Source of the DNA: Bdellovibrionales bacterium
GTDB taxonomy: Bacteria; Bdellovibrionota; Bdellovibrionia; Bdellovibrionales; UBA1609
Length of the DNA stretch: 64,000 nucleotides
Assembly: GCA_041690295.1 (NCBI GenBank)
Contig: JAWLHR010000010.1
Location: forward strand, 1 to 64,000
Direction of reading: 5' to 3'
Below the pieces are notes generated by a model. That model searched no databases. It was not told where the DNA came from and saw only the letters and a list, made by a program, of their open reading frames with translations. The translations under genes and the position numbers were made by a program. Shown here piece after piece: positions 48,147 to 57,969 of the stretch (positions are counted from its first letter, which is position 1; each line of letters begins with the position of its first letter).

Positions 48147-48428
48147 ATGAGCACAAATAACGATCGGCAGGTTCTGGTTAAATTCATCGATCAAATCCGC
48201 TGGTTGTATGAACCTGAATTTGGAGACTTTAAGCGCAAAGTGGGGCTCTATATCGAGCGCCTCGAAGAGTCCGACCCCGCCTTCAAGCAGGGGCGGGCCC
48301 GAAAGATCCTCGATTCCATGAGAACGATCGCGGTTTATGATCCCAACGGGGACATTGAATCCACGCGGCAAAAAATACTGGAACTCGCTTCCGAGCTCGC
48401 GGATGTCAAAGACAGCCAAACGCACTGA
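48147..48428 (+). CDS. Small hypothetical protein
   Basis: GGAGG RBS; overlaps the start of the ROK gene. Confidence 0.6.
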   Translation: MSTNNDRQVLVKFIDQIRWLYEPEFGDFKRKVGLYIERLEESDPAFKQGRARKILDSMRTIAVYDPNGDIESTRQKILELASELADVKDSQTH

Positions 48429-49368
48429 CGTTTATCTTTGTTTCGATCTCGGTGGGACCAAACTGAAAGCGGCCTTGGTCAATTCCAACGGCCGCATCCT
48501 CGCCGATGCCGTCGCCCCGATCGTTCAGGAAGACGGTTACGAGGGACTACTGGAGCTTTTCTCAATCCTCGCCTCACAACTTCCGAAGTCGCCCGCGTAC
48601 AAAGTGGTTTCGGTGGCGTCGGCGGGACCACTACATCCCGAGCAAGGGATCTTGCTTGATCCCACCAATTTTTTTACCGGCAATAAATCGTGGGGCGTGC
48701 TGCCGCTCGTGAAATCCCTTAAGAAGATCTTCAAAAAACCAGTACTTCTTGAAAACGATGCCGCCGCCGCGGTTCTGGGTGAAATGTGGCGCGGCGGTCA
48801 TGGTCGCACCAAGAACCTTGTGGCCATGACCCTGGGAACCGGCGTGGGCATCGGTGTGATCGCCAACGGACAACTGGTTCGCGCGGGCCGCGGACTTCAT
48901 CCTGAAGCTAGTCACATTCCCATCAACAGCGAAAACAAGGAGTACCCTTGTGGGTGCGGCAATAACGGCTGTATCGAAGCGTACCTGGGCGGAAACCATT
49001 TTGCCCGGCGCCTGGGACGCCTTAAAGGGCGGGCTCTCACGGGCTTGGAGAGCGTGGCTTTGGCTAAGCAAGGTGATGTGTGGGTGCAGGAAGCTTTTAG
49101 GGAATACGGCCGCCATCTGGCCCTGGCGGTGCGCACATTAAGTGTTCTTTTCGCCCCTGAAATCGTGGTTCTCTCGGGCGGTTTCTCCCATGCTTCGCAG
49201 CTTTTTCTCGATGAATGCCGGGCCCATCTGCCCACGATCATGGAACGCTATCGTGACGGGATTGATTTAGTTCCCGAAGTGAAAGTTTCCAAACTGCAAA
49301 GTGACGCGGGAATTTTGGGAGCGGCCTATATCGCCACTCAAATGAAGAAGCCGCGGCGGACGGCATAA
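48403..49368 (+). CDS. ROK-family sugar kinase
   Basis: DLGGTK, LENDA, TLGTGVG and CGCGNNGCIEAY motifs. Confidence 0.92.
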   Translation: MSKTAKRTDVYLCFDLGGTKLKAALVNSNGRILADAVAPIVQEDGYEGLLELFSILASQLPKSPAYKVVSVASAGPLHPEQGILLDPTNFFTGNKSWGVLPLVKSLKKIFKKPVLLENDAAAAVLGEMWRGGHGRTKNLVAMTLGTGVGIGVIANGQLVRAGRGLHPEASHIPINSENKEYPCGCGNNGCIEAYLGGNHFARRLGRLKGRALTGLESVALAKQGDVWVQEAFREYGRHLALAVRTLSVLFAPEIVVLSGGFSHASQLFLDECRAHLPTIMERYRDGIDLVPEVKVSKLQSDAGILGAAYIATQMKKPRRTA

Positions 49369-49400
49369 AAAAAGGAACGCTGTTTGGCGTTCCTTTTTTT
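49367..49400. terminator. Bidirectional rho-independent terminator
   Basis: aaaaaaaggaacgc-tgtttg-gcgttccttttttt between convergent genes. Confidence 0.88.
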
Positions 49401-49425
49401 AATCCATTCTCGGATCAGAGGGAGA

Positions 49426-50238
49426 TTAGAGGTTGCACTCTTTAGCCAGGTGTAAACGGCTTTGGATGTACTCCTGAAGTCGGGTCGGAGTCATCGTTCC
49501 GTCCGAAGCTTTCACCACGCGGCCCGTGGACGGGTCGGTGACTTCGTCGTTCGCCAAAGCGGCGGCCAAGCATTCAGCGCCCACTTTTTCGCGCTCAGCT
49601 TGGGGCAAATTCTTCGCACCAGCTTTGAATTCGCAAACCTGCATTTCAATGGCATTCACTTGCGCCTGAACGCCCATTTTCTCGAGGTTCTTACCGGCGG
49701 CACAGGAACCGAGAGTCACGTAACCGGCTTGGCGCGCGGAAAGGATATCATCGTAAGAAGGATAAACGCGGATTCCGGATTTTTGAAAACGCTCGGTCAA
49801 GCGGCGGGCGATTTCTTCGTCTTTGTCGTTGATGCCGCAAGTTTGACCATTCAACGCTTCATCGACCGCGGAACGAGTGGTGGTATCTTTCACCACCGCG
49901 GCCAACTGAATCATTTGACCTTTGGGAGCGAAAATCGATTTGGCGAGTTGTTCGTTTTGCGATTTGGCTTGAATCGAGTTGCCGGCGACATAGCCGCTGT
50001 TGAACTTGTTCACCAAGCTCAACAAGGCCGCTTGTTCAGCGCCACTCAGTTTGGCCATGGCGGCATTCAAATCGGCGGCCGTCATACTGGAAACACCCAA
50101 GGTTTGTTGCAAGAACTGCTGGCCCATACGTGTGGTCGCCAATTTCTCCAGCTGCGCTTGAGCGGCTTGAGCGAACGCTTGCGACTGAACGGCCAGTGCG
50201 ATGAATCCGCAGACTGCCAACTTCATAAATGCCTTCAT
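49426..50238 (-). CDS. Secreted Ala/Gln-rich helical hypothetical protein
   Basis: Signal MKAFMKLAVCGFIALAVQSQAFA; GGAAGG RBS; 5 Cys in the mature part. Confidence 0.8.
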   Translation of the reverse strand: MKAFMKLAVCGFIALAVQSQAFAQAAQAQLEKLATTRMGQQFLQQTLGVSSMTAADLNAAMAKLSGAEQAALLSLVNKFNSGYVAGNSIQAKSQNEQLAKSIFAPKGQMIQLAAVVKDTTTRSAVDEALNGQTCGINDKDEEIARRLTERFQKSGIRVYPSYDDILSARQAGYVTLGSCAAGKNLEKMGVQAQVNAIEMQVCEFKAGAKNLPQAEREKVGAECLAAALANDEVTDPSTGRVVKASDGTMTPTRLQEYIQSRLHLAKECNL

Positions 50239-50529
50239 TTTTGCCTTCCTTCCTTAATCCCTCTAAGGTTTGCGCTACAGCTAGCGTAATGTAATGCCAC
50301 TGGTCAAACCCGAATTTTTAAAAAAAATTCAATACCTTGTTAAAACTCCAAAACCAACATTCGCGGGCGGAAATCCGTTTTCGACCTGCGCATTTTTTAG
50401 CCCAAATATATGCAAAGACGTGACCACGGTCCTCGATTCTCCCGTCTCGTAAATTTTCGCTTTTAAAAACCTGTTCGGCGCACTCCTTGTCACTTTTTTT
50501 CGCGAATGTGTCATTTTTGGGCGAACTCA

Positions 50530-51723
50530 CTAAAACGTAATCTGTCCGGTGTTTGGGTCGCGGCACTCATAAATCGGTGAAATCAGCATCGTCGAGTCGG
50601 GGATGAGGTCGCAGCGCGGGCGTTCGGCTCGGTAAATCAGAACCTCTAAATCGCTCCAGTAGGCCTTTTTCGCCTTGGCAAGTAAGCGATCCGCGGCGGC
50701 CTTGGCCTGCACGTTCGCGGGAAAGTTGTTCCGTAAAAACAAACTGGCTCCGAGCCACACGGCGGCGGCACCCTGGCAGTATTCGCCGCGGTTAAACCGA
50801 CCCAAGATGCTGGAAGTTTGGCCCGAGAAAAAGGCGCTCACGTCTTCGAGGCACTTGGGGCTGGATCGCGGGGCATTTTGCCCGCTTTCCCTCAGGTACA
50901 ACTCAAAATCGTAAAAATATCCCAGCCGTTCACTGGCGCGATAAAACTCTTCGACTAGAATATCCCGGCCCACGCCTTCCGCGTTCTTCAGTTGCGCTTT
51001 GATCGTGGTTAAACGTTGAGTCAGTTCCAAGTTCCGAGCCTGCCACATCCCATACTCCATCGCCTCCGAGGCCCCCCAAGCCGCGACGCCAATCAGTAGG
51101 ACCTGTTTCAGCAGGCGCGAGGCGGATTGCAGTCTCGTCGCGGTGAGATCAAGGAACGACTTGGTCGAAGCCAGAGCCGCCACCAAACCGCCGCCCACGC
51201 CGGCCAGAGTGGCGTAGGCCTTTTGGCGCTCCTGATAAAGCGCCTCGGAGAGTTCACGATCACTCGAGGCCAACCCACTTAAAATCTCGTAGGGACCTGC
51301 GGGAATCCGGTTCGGAGAGGGCGGGAGGATCTCATTGTATAAGCGGATTTCCTCGCGCATCCGTTCATAACTCTGCAACAGGTTCAAACTGGCGATGGAA
51401 TAGGCCAACTGGGCGCGATTGAAACTGCGCTTCAATCGGCTCAGCTTAATGGGGTCAAGGTACTTGGACACCCACATGGTTTGACAGGTGTTCAAGGCAT
51501 AGCGGGCCGCTTCAGGGTAAGTGTTCCAGTAATAACCCAATTCACGAATGGAGGTCTCGTAATCTTTGGTGGGCCAGGTGGCGAAGATTCTCTCACAAAG
51601 TTGATAGGCGCCGGCCGCCCGCTCGAGTTCCTGAGCGCCTTCGAACTTCTGCACGAAGTCCAGCGCTTCGCTGGCCTGCGCGGAAAACCCGATCAAGCTG
51701 AAACAAAGAATCAGAAACTTCAC
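50530..51723 (-). CDS. Secreted helical protein with hydrophobic hairpin (operon gene 5)
   Basis: GTG start overlapping the upstream TGA, AAGGAG RBS, signal MKFLILCFSLIGFSAQA, two internal hydrophobic helices. Confidence 0.8.
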   Translation of the reverse strand: MKFLILCFSLIGFSAQASEALDFVQKFEGAQELERAAGAYQLCERIFATWPTKDYETSIRELGYYWNTYPEAARYALNTCQTMWVSKYLDPIKLSRLKRSFNRAQLAYSIASLNLLQSYERMREEIRLYNEILPPSPNRIPAGPYEILSGLASSDRELSEALYQERQKAYATLAGVGGGLVAALASTKSFLDLTATRLQSASRLLKQVLLIGVAAWGASEAMEYGMWQARNLELTQRLTTIKAQLKNAEGVGRDILVEEFYRASERLGYFYDFELYLRESGQNAPRSSPKCLEDVSAFFSGQTSSILGRFNRGEYCQGAAAVWLGASLFLRNNFPANVQAKAAADRLLAKAKKAYWSDLEVLIYRAERPRCDLIPDSTMLISPIYECRDPNTGQITF

Positions 51724-52796
51724 GGTTTCTCCTTGATCTCGGCTTCGGTGGGTTCGCCAAAAGTGAGCGTAAGGTAACTTTCCAATTTCTCCAACTCTTG
51801 GTTCAAGTGAAGCATCGACATTTGTCGGCAACGGCCGTCGCGGCTGGTCTCGGCTTCACTCAATGCTTTTCTAAAATCCCGCCAGTTTTCCGATTGGGGG
51901 AATTGCTCCAGCACCTCGGCGAATAATCGGTCTTGCACGTCGAGGTTTTCCAGGCGGGGCCACTGCTCGGAAAGACCCTGAGCTTCAGCGCGAATTCTTC
52001 GGATCTCGGTCAGCATCGGGCCATACTCTTTTTCCAATTGGTCGGAATCATTCATCAGGGATTCGAATTTTTCCTGGATCGTCAGGGCCTGATAGGAAAG
52101 ATCGCAAGCGAGTTGCGCCTGAACCACCATCAACACAGTCGCGGGGTTGATCCGGTAGGTGGAGTTGGATTTCAGAACGTATTCGATGTAACCGCCAAGG
52201 GCGCCAAGACCGAGGCTTCCGCCGACAATCCAAGTGGTCGGACTGGTGGCGACACGATAACCGAGACTCGCAAAGCGGCCTTTTTGATTCAGAGTCAATT
52301 CGCGTTGACGGATCTGCCGCAAGAATTCCGCGGTGCTTTGACTGCGAGCGAAGATGAATTTCCAGCCGATCGCCCCCGCCAGCATCAACCATGCGCCGTA
52401 GGAATAAGCCCCTCGGATCACGTACTGCAGCGGTCCGTTCTGAAGCATTTTCGAGGCTTCGAAATCAGCGGCCAATTCCACTCCGAGCGTGTCCGCCAGC
52501 GATTTGATCGCGGCCCGATCCTCGGGTTGGTTCACATATTTGTCCATCATGTGGAACAAAAATAAATTGAACTCGTCGGGGCGGAGAGTGGCGAGTTGCA
52601 TGACAACCGCTTTGGCCAAAAATTCGTTACGGCCGACCGTGGACCAGGGGCTGTCCGACGGTAAACGGCGAACGTGACCGATGTAATCATCGAGAAGCTT
52701 GGCGGACCTTTCAAGCGGTTGTTGGGCGTTCACGCTAAAACTGGTTAAGGACAAGATCAAAGCCAAACCATGGATCAGAAGTTTCTTATAAATCAT
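51720..52796 (-). CDS. Secreted helical protein with hydrophobic hairpin (operon gene 4)
   Basis: ATGA coupling, AAGGAGG RBS, signal ending SVNA, hydrophobic YGAWLMLAGAIGWKFIF and WIVGGSLGLGALGGYIEYVL. Confidence 0.82.
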   Translation of the reverse strand: MIYKKLLIHGLALILSLTSFSVNAQQPLERSAKLLDDYIGHVRRLPSDSPWSTVGRNEFLAKAVVMQLATLRPDEFNLFLFHMMDKYVNQPEDRAAIKSLADTLGVELAADFEASKMLQNGPLQYVIRGAYSYGAWLMLAGAIGWKFIFARSQSTAEFLRQIRQRELTLNQKGRFASLGYRVATSPTTWIVGGSLGLGALGGYIEYVLKSNSTYRINPATVLMVVQAQLACDLSYQALTIQEKFESLMNDSDQLEKEYGPMLTEIRRIRAEAQGLSEQWPRLENLDVQDRLFAEVLEQFPQSENWRDFRKALSEAETSRDGRCRQMSMLHLNQELEKLESYLTLTFGEPTEAEIKEKP

Positions 52797-55700
52797 GGCG
52801 TGACCTCCTTAACCAACATGCGACGGAGTTGTTCGATTCGGTTCGCCGCCAGTTCGGGATGTTTTTCAATGTCCTGCATGATCCGGCGAGTGAGGGCGGC
52901 GATTTTATTTCCGGTCGTCGTGGTGCCGTAAAACTTGTCCATTTCTTTGAGGAACCAATGGCGAAGTTGATCGTCAAAGTGTTTGAAATTCAGATTCACT
53001 TGGTACTGGGACGTTTGACCGGTGGAATGCCAGACGCGTTCATAAAAAGATTTGAGCAGCGGACTTTTATCCATCTTGGTCCAAATCGGTGACAGCGACT
53101 GATACATATTGAAAATGGAATTTTTCAATTCGAGATATTCATAAGTGGCAATCTGTCCATTGGCATATTGCGCTTCAAGACGACCGAGAGTGTCGGCCAA
53201 GAGATCAGGGTTTTTGGCGGATGAGGGTGTAAGCCCCAATTTTTTATACGCCTCTTGGAATCGGGCATCGAACTTGGCCCATTTGCGGGCCTCTTTCCAC
53301 ACCATTCGCTCTATGCGGAAATAGGATTGCCGCGCGTAATGCGTGACCAATTCCGCCACGCGAGGGTCCTTTTGACTGCGCGCGATCCGCAAGCTTTCCC
53401 GATAAGCTTCACCCAGCGACTGCTCACCCATCGAGGCGCCTTCGCGTAGGTTTAATGTTCTCAGATCCTCGCGCAGACGGGAAAGTTCCCGTTGACCTAA
53501 TCCCTGCAAGCGTTCACCCACAACGCGGTTAAGCATGTGAAAGCCGCCGAAGATCACCGCCAGCAAGGCCACCTGACTGACGGCTTGGAAGCGGGCGTAG
53601 TTGCGGATTTGCGTCTGGCGCGTGACATCGGAATGGAGAGCCACGCAGGGCCCGGACGCATTACATGAGAAGTAATTTCTCAAAGTCTCCACGCGTTTCG
53701 CATCGGTGACGAAGCCGCGATAAGCGGGCTCACCCACACCGATGAAAATGGAGCCCCAAATGAGAGGCGTCAGGCGCGAAAGATTAATGCCGAAGATCGG
53801 AGATAAAGTTTTACTGACCATGTCCGCGGCTTTGGCCACCGGCATGAAGCGCATTCCGAAAATCTGAGCCAGATAAAAGGTGGCCAGAATCAGCATGGCG
53901 TTACCGGACCAGTTGTAAAACTGCCGCCACTCGTTTTCCCAGAATCCCGGTAAGAGCAGTTCCTGGCGAATCTTTTCGTAATACCCTTTGGCCGAACTGA
54001 ACGAGGAAAGAACCAGAGCCAGCTGTGACGTACGGCCGATGATTGTTTTTAATTCCTCGTCCATGCCATCAACGGGGTTGCGGCTGTTTTCAATTTTGCG
54101 CACATATTGATCGAGACGGATCAAATTCTTTTCCGCCTGACGGGCGGCCGCGGTGATTTGCGGATCCACCAAAGCCGAAATGTCGCCGGTTTCCGGTTGT
54201 TCGGCCAACACCTGCCAAAGAGGTTGTCCTGACACTTCAAATCCGAGGATCGGCGCTCCCGCGAAGAGATCATTCTTCAACGCGTCCTGATAGGTGCGTA
54301 ACTCGGACCCGATGAAGTTGGAAAACCACCGGTCACGCAAACCCAGTTGTTCGGCCGTCGGAGACTTTTTCTGTTCTTCGGACAGTTTTTCGTAAACGTT
54401 AAACTTAAGGATTTCACCGATTGAGAGAAGATCGGAAACATCTTTTTTGCGGATGTCGGCGTTTTGACTCAGGGCCTGTAGATATTCCTGAGCGATAATT
54501 CCATTGAGTTTTGTCGGTGCGAACCGGATTTCTCCCTTGATGGAAATCAGTTCGTCGATATCGAGTCCATTCATTTTGGGCAACTCATAGGCCTCAAGAA
54601 TCGTGAGTAGCGCGGACTTATAGGTGGAATATCCGTCTTGATAGGTTTGCGCTTGGCCGATTTGGGCAAGGACGTTTTGGGCCATCGCTGACGGCGCCAA
54701 GGCTTCGATCTCGGGCTGCTTGGCGGCGAGAAGAGTTTGCAAACGAATTTCTTTGGTGGCGAAATCCTTGAGCTCGCGGGCCTCATGGCGCAGATGGTTG
54801 TGAAAATCCAGGCGCTGTTTTTTCCGCATCTCAGCGCGTGTAACGCTGGCCGCGCGGCTGACGGCCGCCTGTAAGGATGGGAGCTTCGTGAGTTCATCGG
54901 CGAAATTCTTCGCGGCCTCATCGAGGATCTGTTCCAACTGAGCGCGATAGTTCGAAGTCAGGTCATGCATCGGCCCGACGAAGATCAACCAGCGCAAGGA
55001 AAGCCGTTTGGCGAAGTAAAGATGGCGATGTAACTCGCGAGCGGGGTCGCGAATATCCCAAAGCCGGAGAACTCCGTTCAAGGCCGCCAGGAAGGCTTGG
55101 GCTTCGTCCTTGCGAATGCCTTCGAGATTGATCCCTTCCATCTGGCCGCCGGTCATCTGGTAATAGCGGCGCCAAAAATCTTCATTGAGCACGAATCCCG
55201 AGCCCGCGCCTTCGAGTTCCTTGAGTCCGTTTTTCACCGCTTCTTCGAGAATGGCTTTTTGCTCCTTCAACTGCTGATTGAGGCTCACCCGGTTCATCAG
55301 GTCCCGCTTCACCTTGAAGCTGGGGAAACGGAGTTTCCAAGAAAGCTCCGGTTCGGGCATGTGATCCGCCTCGCGGCTTAACTCATTGGTGATATAGGCG
55401 GCCTCATACAAACGGTGGGCGGCGAAATGGGTGGCGAAGAGAACCGTGTTTTTGGTGTTGATTTGAGTGAGGAATCTCTGGCGTTCGGCGCGTTCGATAA
55501 AATCCGGATTCACTTCGAACTTCAATAATTGGCGGCCGTTTTGATCCTCAAGGCGGGTGCGCATGGGAAAATTGAGAGTGAGGCCGCTTTCCGTGTCGCC
55601 GTTTGAAGCCAAAGCCGTGAGCGAGGCGGTTTCAAAAAATTTAAGTTGGTCCAGGTGATCCAACGGGATCTGAATGGAATAACGGGTGTCCCATTCTTCG

Positions 55701-56104
55701 GGCAGCAGGGGTTGGCCGAGATAAACATTGAGCCCCTCATAGCGAGTGACGGCGTCGTAAAACGCCTTGATCTCACCGAGAGCGAAAAGTTCCTTGTCCG
55801 GATCGCGAATGGCGGTGAGTCGCGCCGGAAAGGTTTGGGAAATGCCACGATGAAGTTCGCCGAGTCGGGCTTCAATGGCCTGCAACTCGCTTCGGTTCGG
55901 TAAACCGAATCGGGCCAGTTGCGGAACATTCGGATAATAAGCCCGGTCAATCAATCGTTCGATATCGATGATCAAGTTCGTGGCGCGCGATAGAGCGCTT
56001 TCCTCTTCCGCGCCGTTGGTTTGCGCGTGAACCGGAGCGGGGAGAATCGTCAGCGGCGCAAACGTCAAACTCCAGCTTAAGGCGAAGCAAAGGAGACGCT
56101 TCAT
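52793..56104 (-). CDS. Large (1103 aa) secreted helical protein with C-terminal hydrophobic segments (operon gene 3)
   Basis: ATGA coupling, AAGGAG RBS, signal ending PVHA, about 3 hydrophobic helices in the last third. Confidence 0.85.
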   Translation of the reverse strand: MKRLLCFALSWSLTFAPLTILPAPVHAQTNGAEEESALSRATNLIIDIERLIDRAYYPNVPQLARFGLPNRSELQAIEARLGELHRGISQTFPARLTAIRDPDKELFALGEIKAFYDAVTRYEGLNVYLGQPLLPEEWDTRYSIQIPLDHLDQLKFFETASLTALASNGDTESGLTLNFPMRTRLEDQNGRQLLKFEVNPDFIERAERQRFLTQINTKNTVLFATHFAAHRLYEAAYITNELSREADHMPEPELSWKLRFPSFKVKRDLMNRVSLNQQLKEQKAILEEAVKNGLKELEGAGSGFVLNEDFWRRYYQMTGGQMEGINLEGIRKDEAQAFLAALNGVLRLWDIRDPARELHRHLYFAKRLSLRWLIFVGPMHDLTSNYRAQLEQILDEAAKNFADELTKLPSLQAAVSRAASVTRAEMRKKQRLDFHNHLRHEARELKDFATKEIRLQTLLAAKQPEIEALAPSAMAQNVLAQIGQAQTYQDGYSTYKSALLTILEAYELPKMNGLDIDELISIKGEIRFAPTKLNGIIAQEYLQALSQNADIRKKDVSDLLSIGEILKFNVYEKLSEEQKKSPTAEQLGLRDRWFSNFIGSELRTYQDALKNDLFAGAPILGFEVSGQPLWQVLAEQPETGDISALVDPQITAAARQAEKNLIRLDQYVRKIENSRNPVDGMDEELKTIIGRTSQLALVLSSFSSAKGYYEKIRQELLLPGFWENEWRQFYNWSGNAMLILATFYLAQIFGMRFMPVAKAADMVSKTLSPIFGINLSRLTPLIWGSIFIGVGEPAYRGFVTDAKRVETLRNYFSCNASGPCVALHSDVTRQTQIRNYARFQAVSQVALLAVIFGGFHMLNRVVGERLQGLGQRELSRLREDLRTLNLREGASMGEQSLGEAYRESLRIARSQKDPRVAELVTHYARQSYFRIERMVWKEARKWAKFDARFQEAYKKLGLTPSSAKNPDLLADTLGRLEAQYANGQIATYEYLELKNSIFNMYQSLSPIWTKMDKSPLLKSFYERVWHSTGQTSQYQVNLNFKHFDDQLRHWFLKEMDKFYGTTTTGNKIAALTRRIMQDIEKHPELAANRIEQLRRMLVKEVTP

Positions 56105-57957
56105 TGTCCATCTCCTTCCATCGCCAAACGGCCGAAGAGCGCGAGCGCGATTTGATGCTCGTTAATGCCCATGGTGTAGACGTGATCAAAAAAGGATCTC
56201 GCGCCAAGCTGAATGGCTTTTTGTTGCTCTTCGGAGTCGAAATGCATTCCGTATTGGTCACGGATCTCCGGGTGAAGTGCCGCGTACTGAATGGACAAAA
56301 CGTCGCGGGCGGTTTCCGCCACCTCGATCTCCGTCTTTAAGAGTGAAGCGAGCGGGGCGGGGAACTGTAAATTCACGTCATTGCGAAGCGAGGTTAAATG
56401 ATCGATGTCCCGATTGTAAAACCCGAGGACTTGACCGGACATTTGCGCGAGAACGCTTTTCCCCTCATTGATAATGGCTTTGGCTTTTTCGAGCTTGCGG
56501 AGTTGTGTTTCATGGGGGATTTCGCAATTCGAAGAGCGGCAGAATTTTTCTCGCGCGGATTTGAGAGTTAAGATTTCCCCATTTTCGTTGACGGTCAAAG
56601 CGTCGCGGAATTCGGATTTTTGAATCACATGGCGGATCAGTTCCACCGTGGTTTCGGCGTCATCGACCTTCTGGCTCAGCTCGAAATATTTTTCCACCGC
56701 CACGTTCGCCCAGTTTTCGCGGTTCTTACGTAACATGGGAAGAATTCGGCGGAAACGGGTTTCCCACGGAGTTCTGTAACCGGGTTGAAAACGACGATCC
56801 AAGCTGAAGGCTTGCGCGGTGACACCGAGGTGATAATCCGTGATGGCGTGGGATTGCGAAGCCATCCACGCGCGCGCGTTCTGAATCAATTCGGTTAAGC
56901 GGGCGCCGATTTCAAGATCGGGAAAATAAATCGACGCGTAGGAAATTCCCGCGCCGAAAGCGGTGGCGACGAAGAGACTCGCCGCCCAGATCGAAACGCT
57001 TGAAAGTCCCGCGGCGGTCGCGGCGGCCGCACCCGCCGAACTTCCGACGTTCATCGCGGCGATCAACAAACCTAAATTCACGATCAACTCGCCACGGGCC
57101 ACACCAAAGCGCCAGCCATTGTAAAGCCAGGTGTTGCGAAGCTCGGGGTCAACCAGAAGAATATTTCGCATGTTCTGAAAGATTTCCGCCGCGAGCCGGC
57201 CTTCCTCCGTCTGTTTGAATGCGTGCCATTCACCGCTCAGCCATTTCTCAACCGCGCGACCGAAAAGCCCATGGGCCATTTCGAGCCGTGTTTTATTGAT
57301 CGCGCCGTTTTGAAGAGCGGCCACATTGGCCGCTTGAGTCCAAAGTTGGCCGGTCATGATGAAACCACCGACCATGAGGAACGAGGCGGCCATGGTGCCG
57401 ATCGTTTGAATCAACACCGCCCGTGAGGGATTGGACTTGAGCAAAAAGTTGAGCGCCTGCAGGGCCGTGAACTGGGTGCCGATGCGAACGGCGGCTCCGC
57501 CCGCGACACCAATCCAAAACTCTCCGGAACATAAGATTTCTTTGTGCACGCTGGCCGGGCCCTGGCAAAAAAGATCCTCGGCGGCCTTCATCGTGTGCTT
57601 TTTCACATTTTCATATTCAAGCTTTTGACCGGCGAGCAGCTCTTCTTTTTCGATACGATCACGGGCGAGCTGGGCGGCCGCGGCCATGTACATGATGATC
57701 GCGCCTTGGAGGACATCGTAGACCAGAGTGAATCCGGCCTCGCGGCCGACGGAGGCCAAAACTTTCGCCGCTTTTTCACTTAAGGCGCGTGAATTCCCGC
57801 CATATCGGGTGAGGACGACGGTGTTCGCCAAAGCGCCATTTTGCAGGCGTAAAACATCCTGAGGGGTGACCCGGCGGGCGGCGGACGAGTGCGCCAGAGT
57901 CGGCTGGGCCGCCAGGAGCGCACTCATGATAAAACTAATCGCCGCTTTCCACGCCAT
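56101..57957 (-). CDS. Secreted protein with multiple Ala/Gly-rich hydrophobic segments (operon gene 2)
   Basis: Signal ending PTLA; a ~55-aa hydrophobic tract plus three more segments; 12 nt after the ATPase stop. Confidence 0.85.
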   Translation of the reverse strand: MAWKAAISFIMSALLAAQPTLAHSSAARRVTPQDVLRLQNGALANTVVLTRYGGNSRALSEKAAKVLASVGREAGFTLVYDVLQGAIIMYMAAAAQLARDRIEKEELLAGQKLEYENVKKHTMKAAEDLFCQGPASVHKEILCSGEFWIGVAGGAAVRIGTQFTALQALNFLLKSNPSRAVLIQTIGTMAASFLMVGGFIMTGQLWTQAANVAALQNGAINKTRLEMAHGLFGRAVEKWLSGEWHAFKQTEEGRLAAEIFQNMRNILLVDPELRNTWLYNGWRFGVARGELIVNLGLLIAAMNVGSSAGAAAATAAGLSSVSIWAASLFVATAFGAGISYASIYFPDLEIGARLTELIQNARAWMASQSHAITDYHLGVTAQAFSLDRRFQPGYRTPWETRFRRILPMLRKNRENWANVAVEKYFELSQKVDDAETTVELIRHVIQKSEFRDALTVNENGEILTLKSAREKFCRSSNCEIPHETQLRKLEKAKAIINEGKSVLAQMSGQVLGFYNRDIDHLTSLRNDVNLQFPAPLASLLKTEIEVAETARDVLSIQYAALHPEIRDQYGMHFDSEEQQKAIQLGARSFFDHVYTMGINEHQIALALFGRLAMEGDGQ

Positions 57958-57969
57958 CGCGACTCCGTA

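Noticed and set aside
48093..48425. N-terminal extension of pdxH
   Set aside because: It overlaps a divergent gene with a good RBS, and PdxH similarity begins near 48092.
49462..50289. 275-aa plus-strand ORF
   Set aside because: It is antisense to a gene that has an RBS, signal peptide and terminator.
50283..50299. Sigma54 promoter for the 270-aa gene (TGGCATTACATTACGCT)
   Set aside because: The spacing is GG-N11-GC, whereas sigma54 needs N10.
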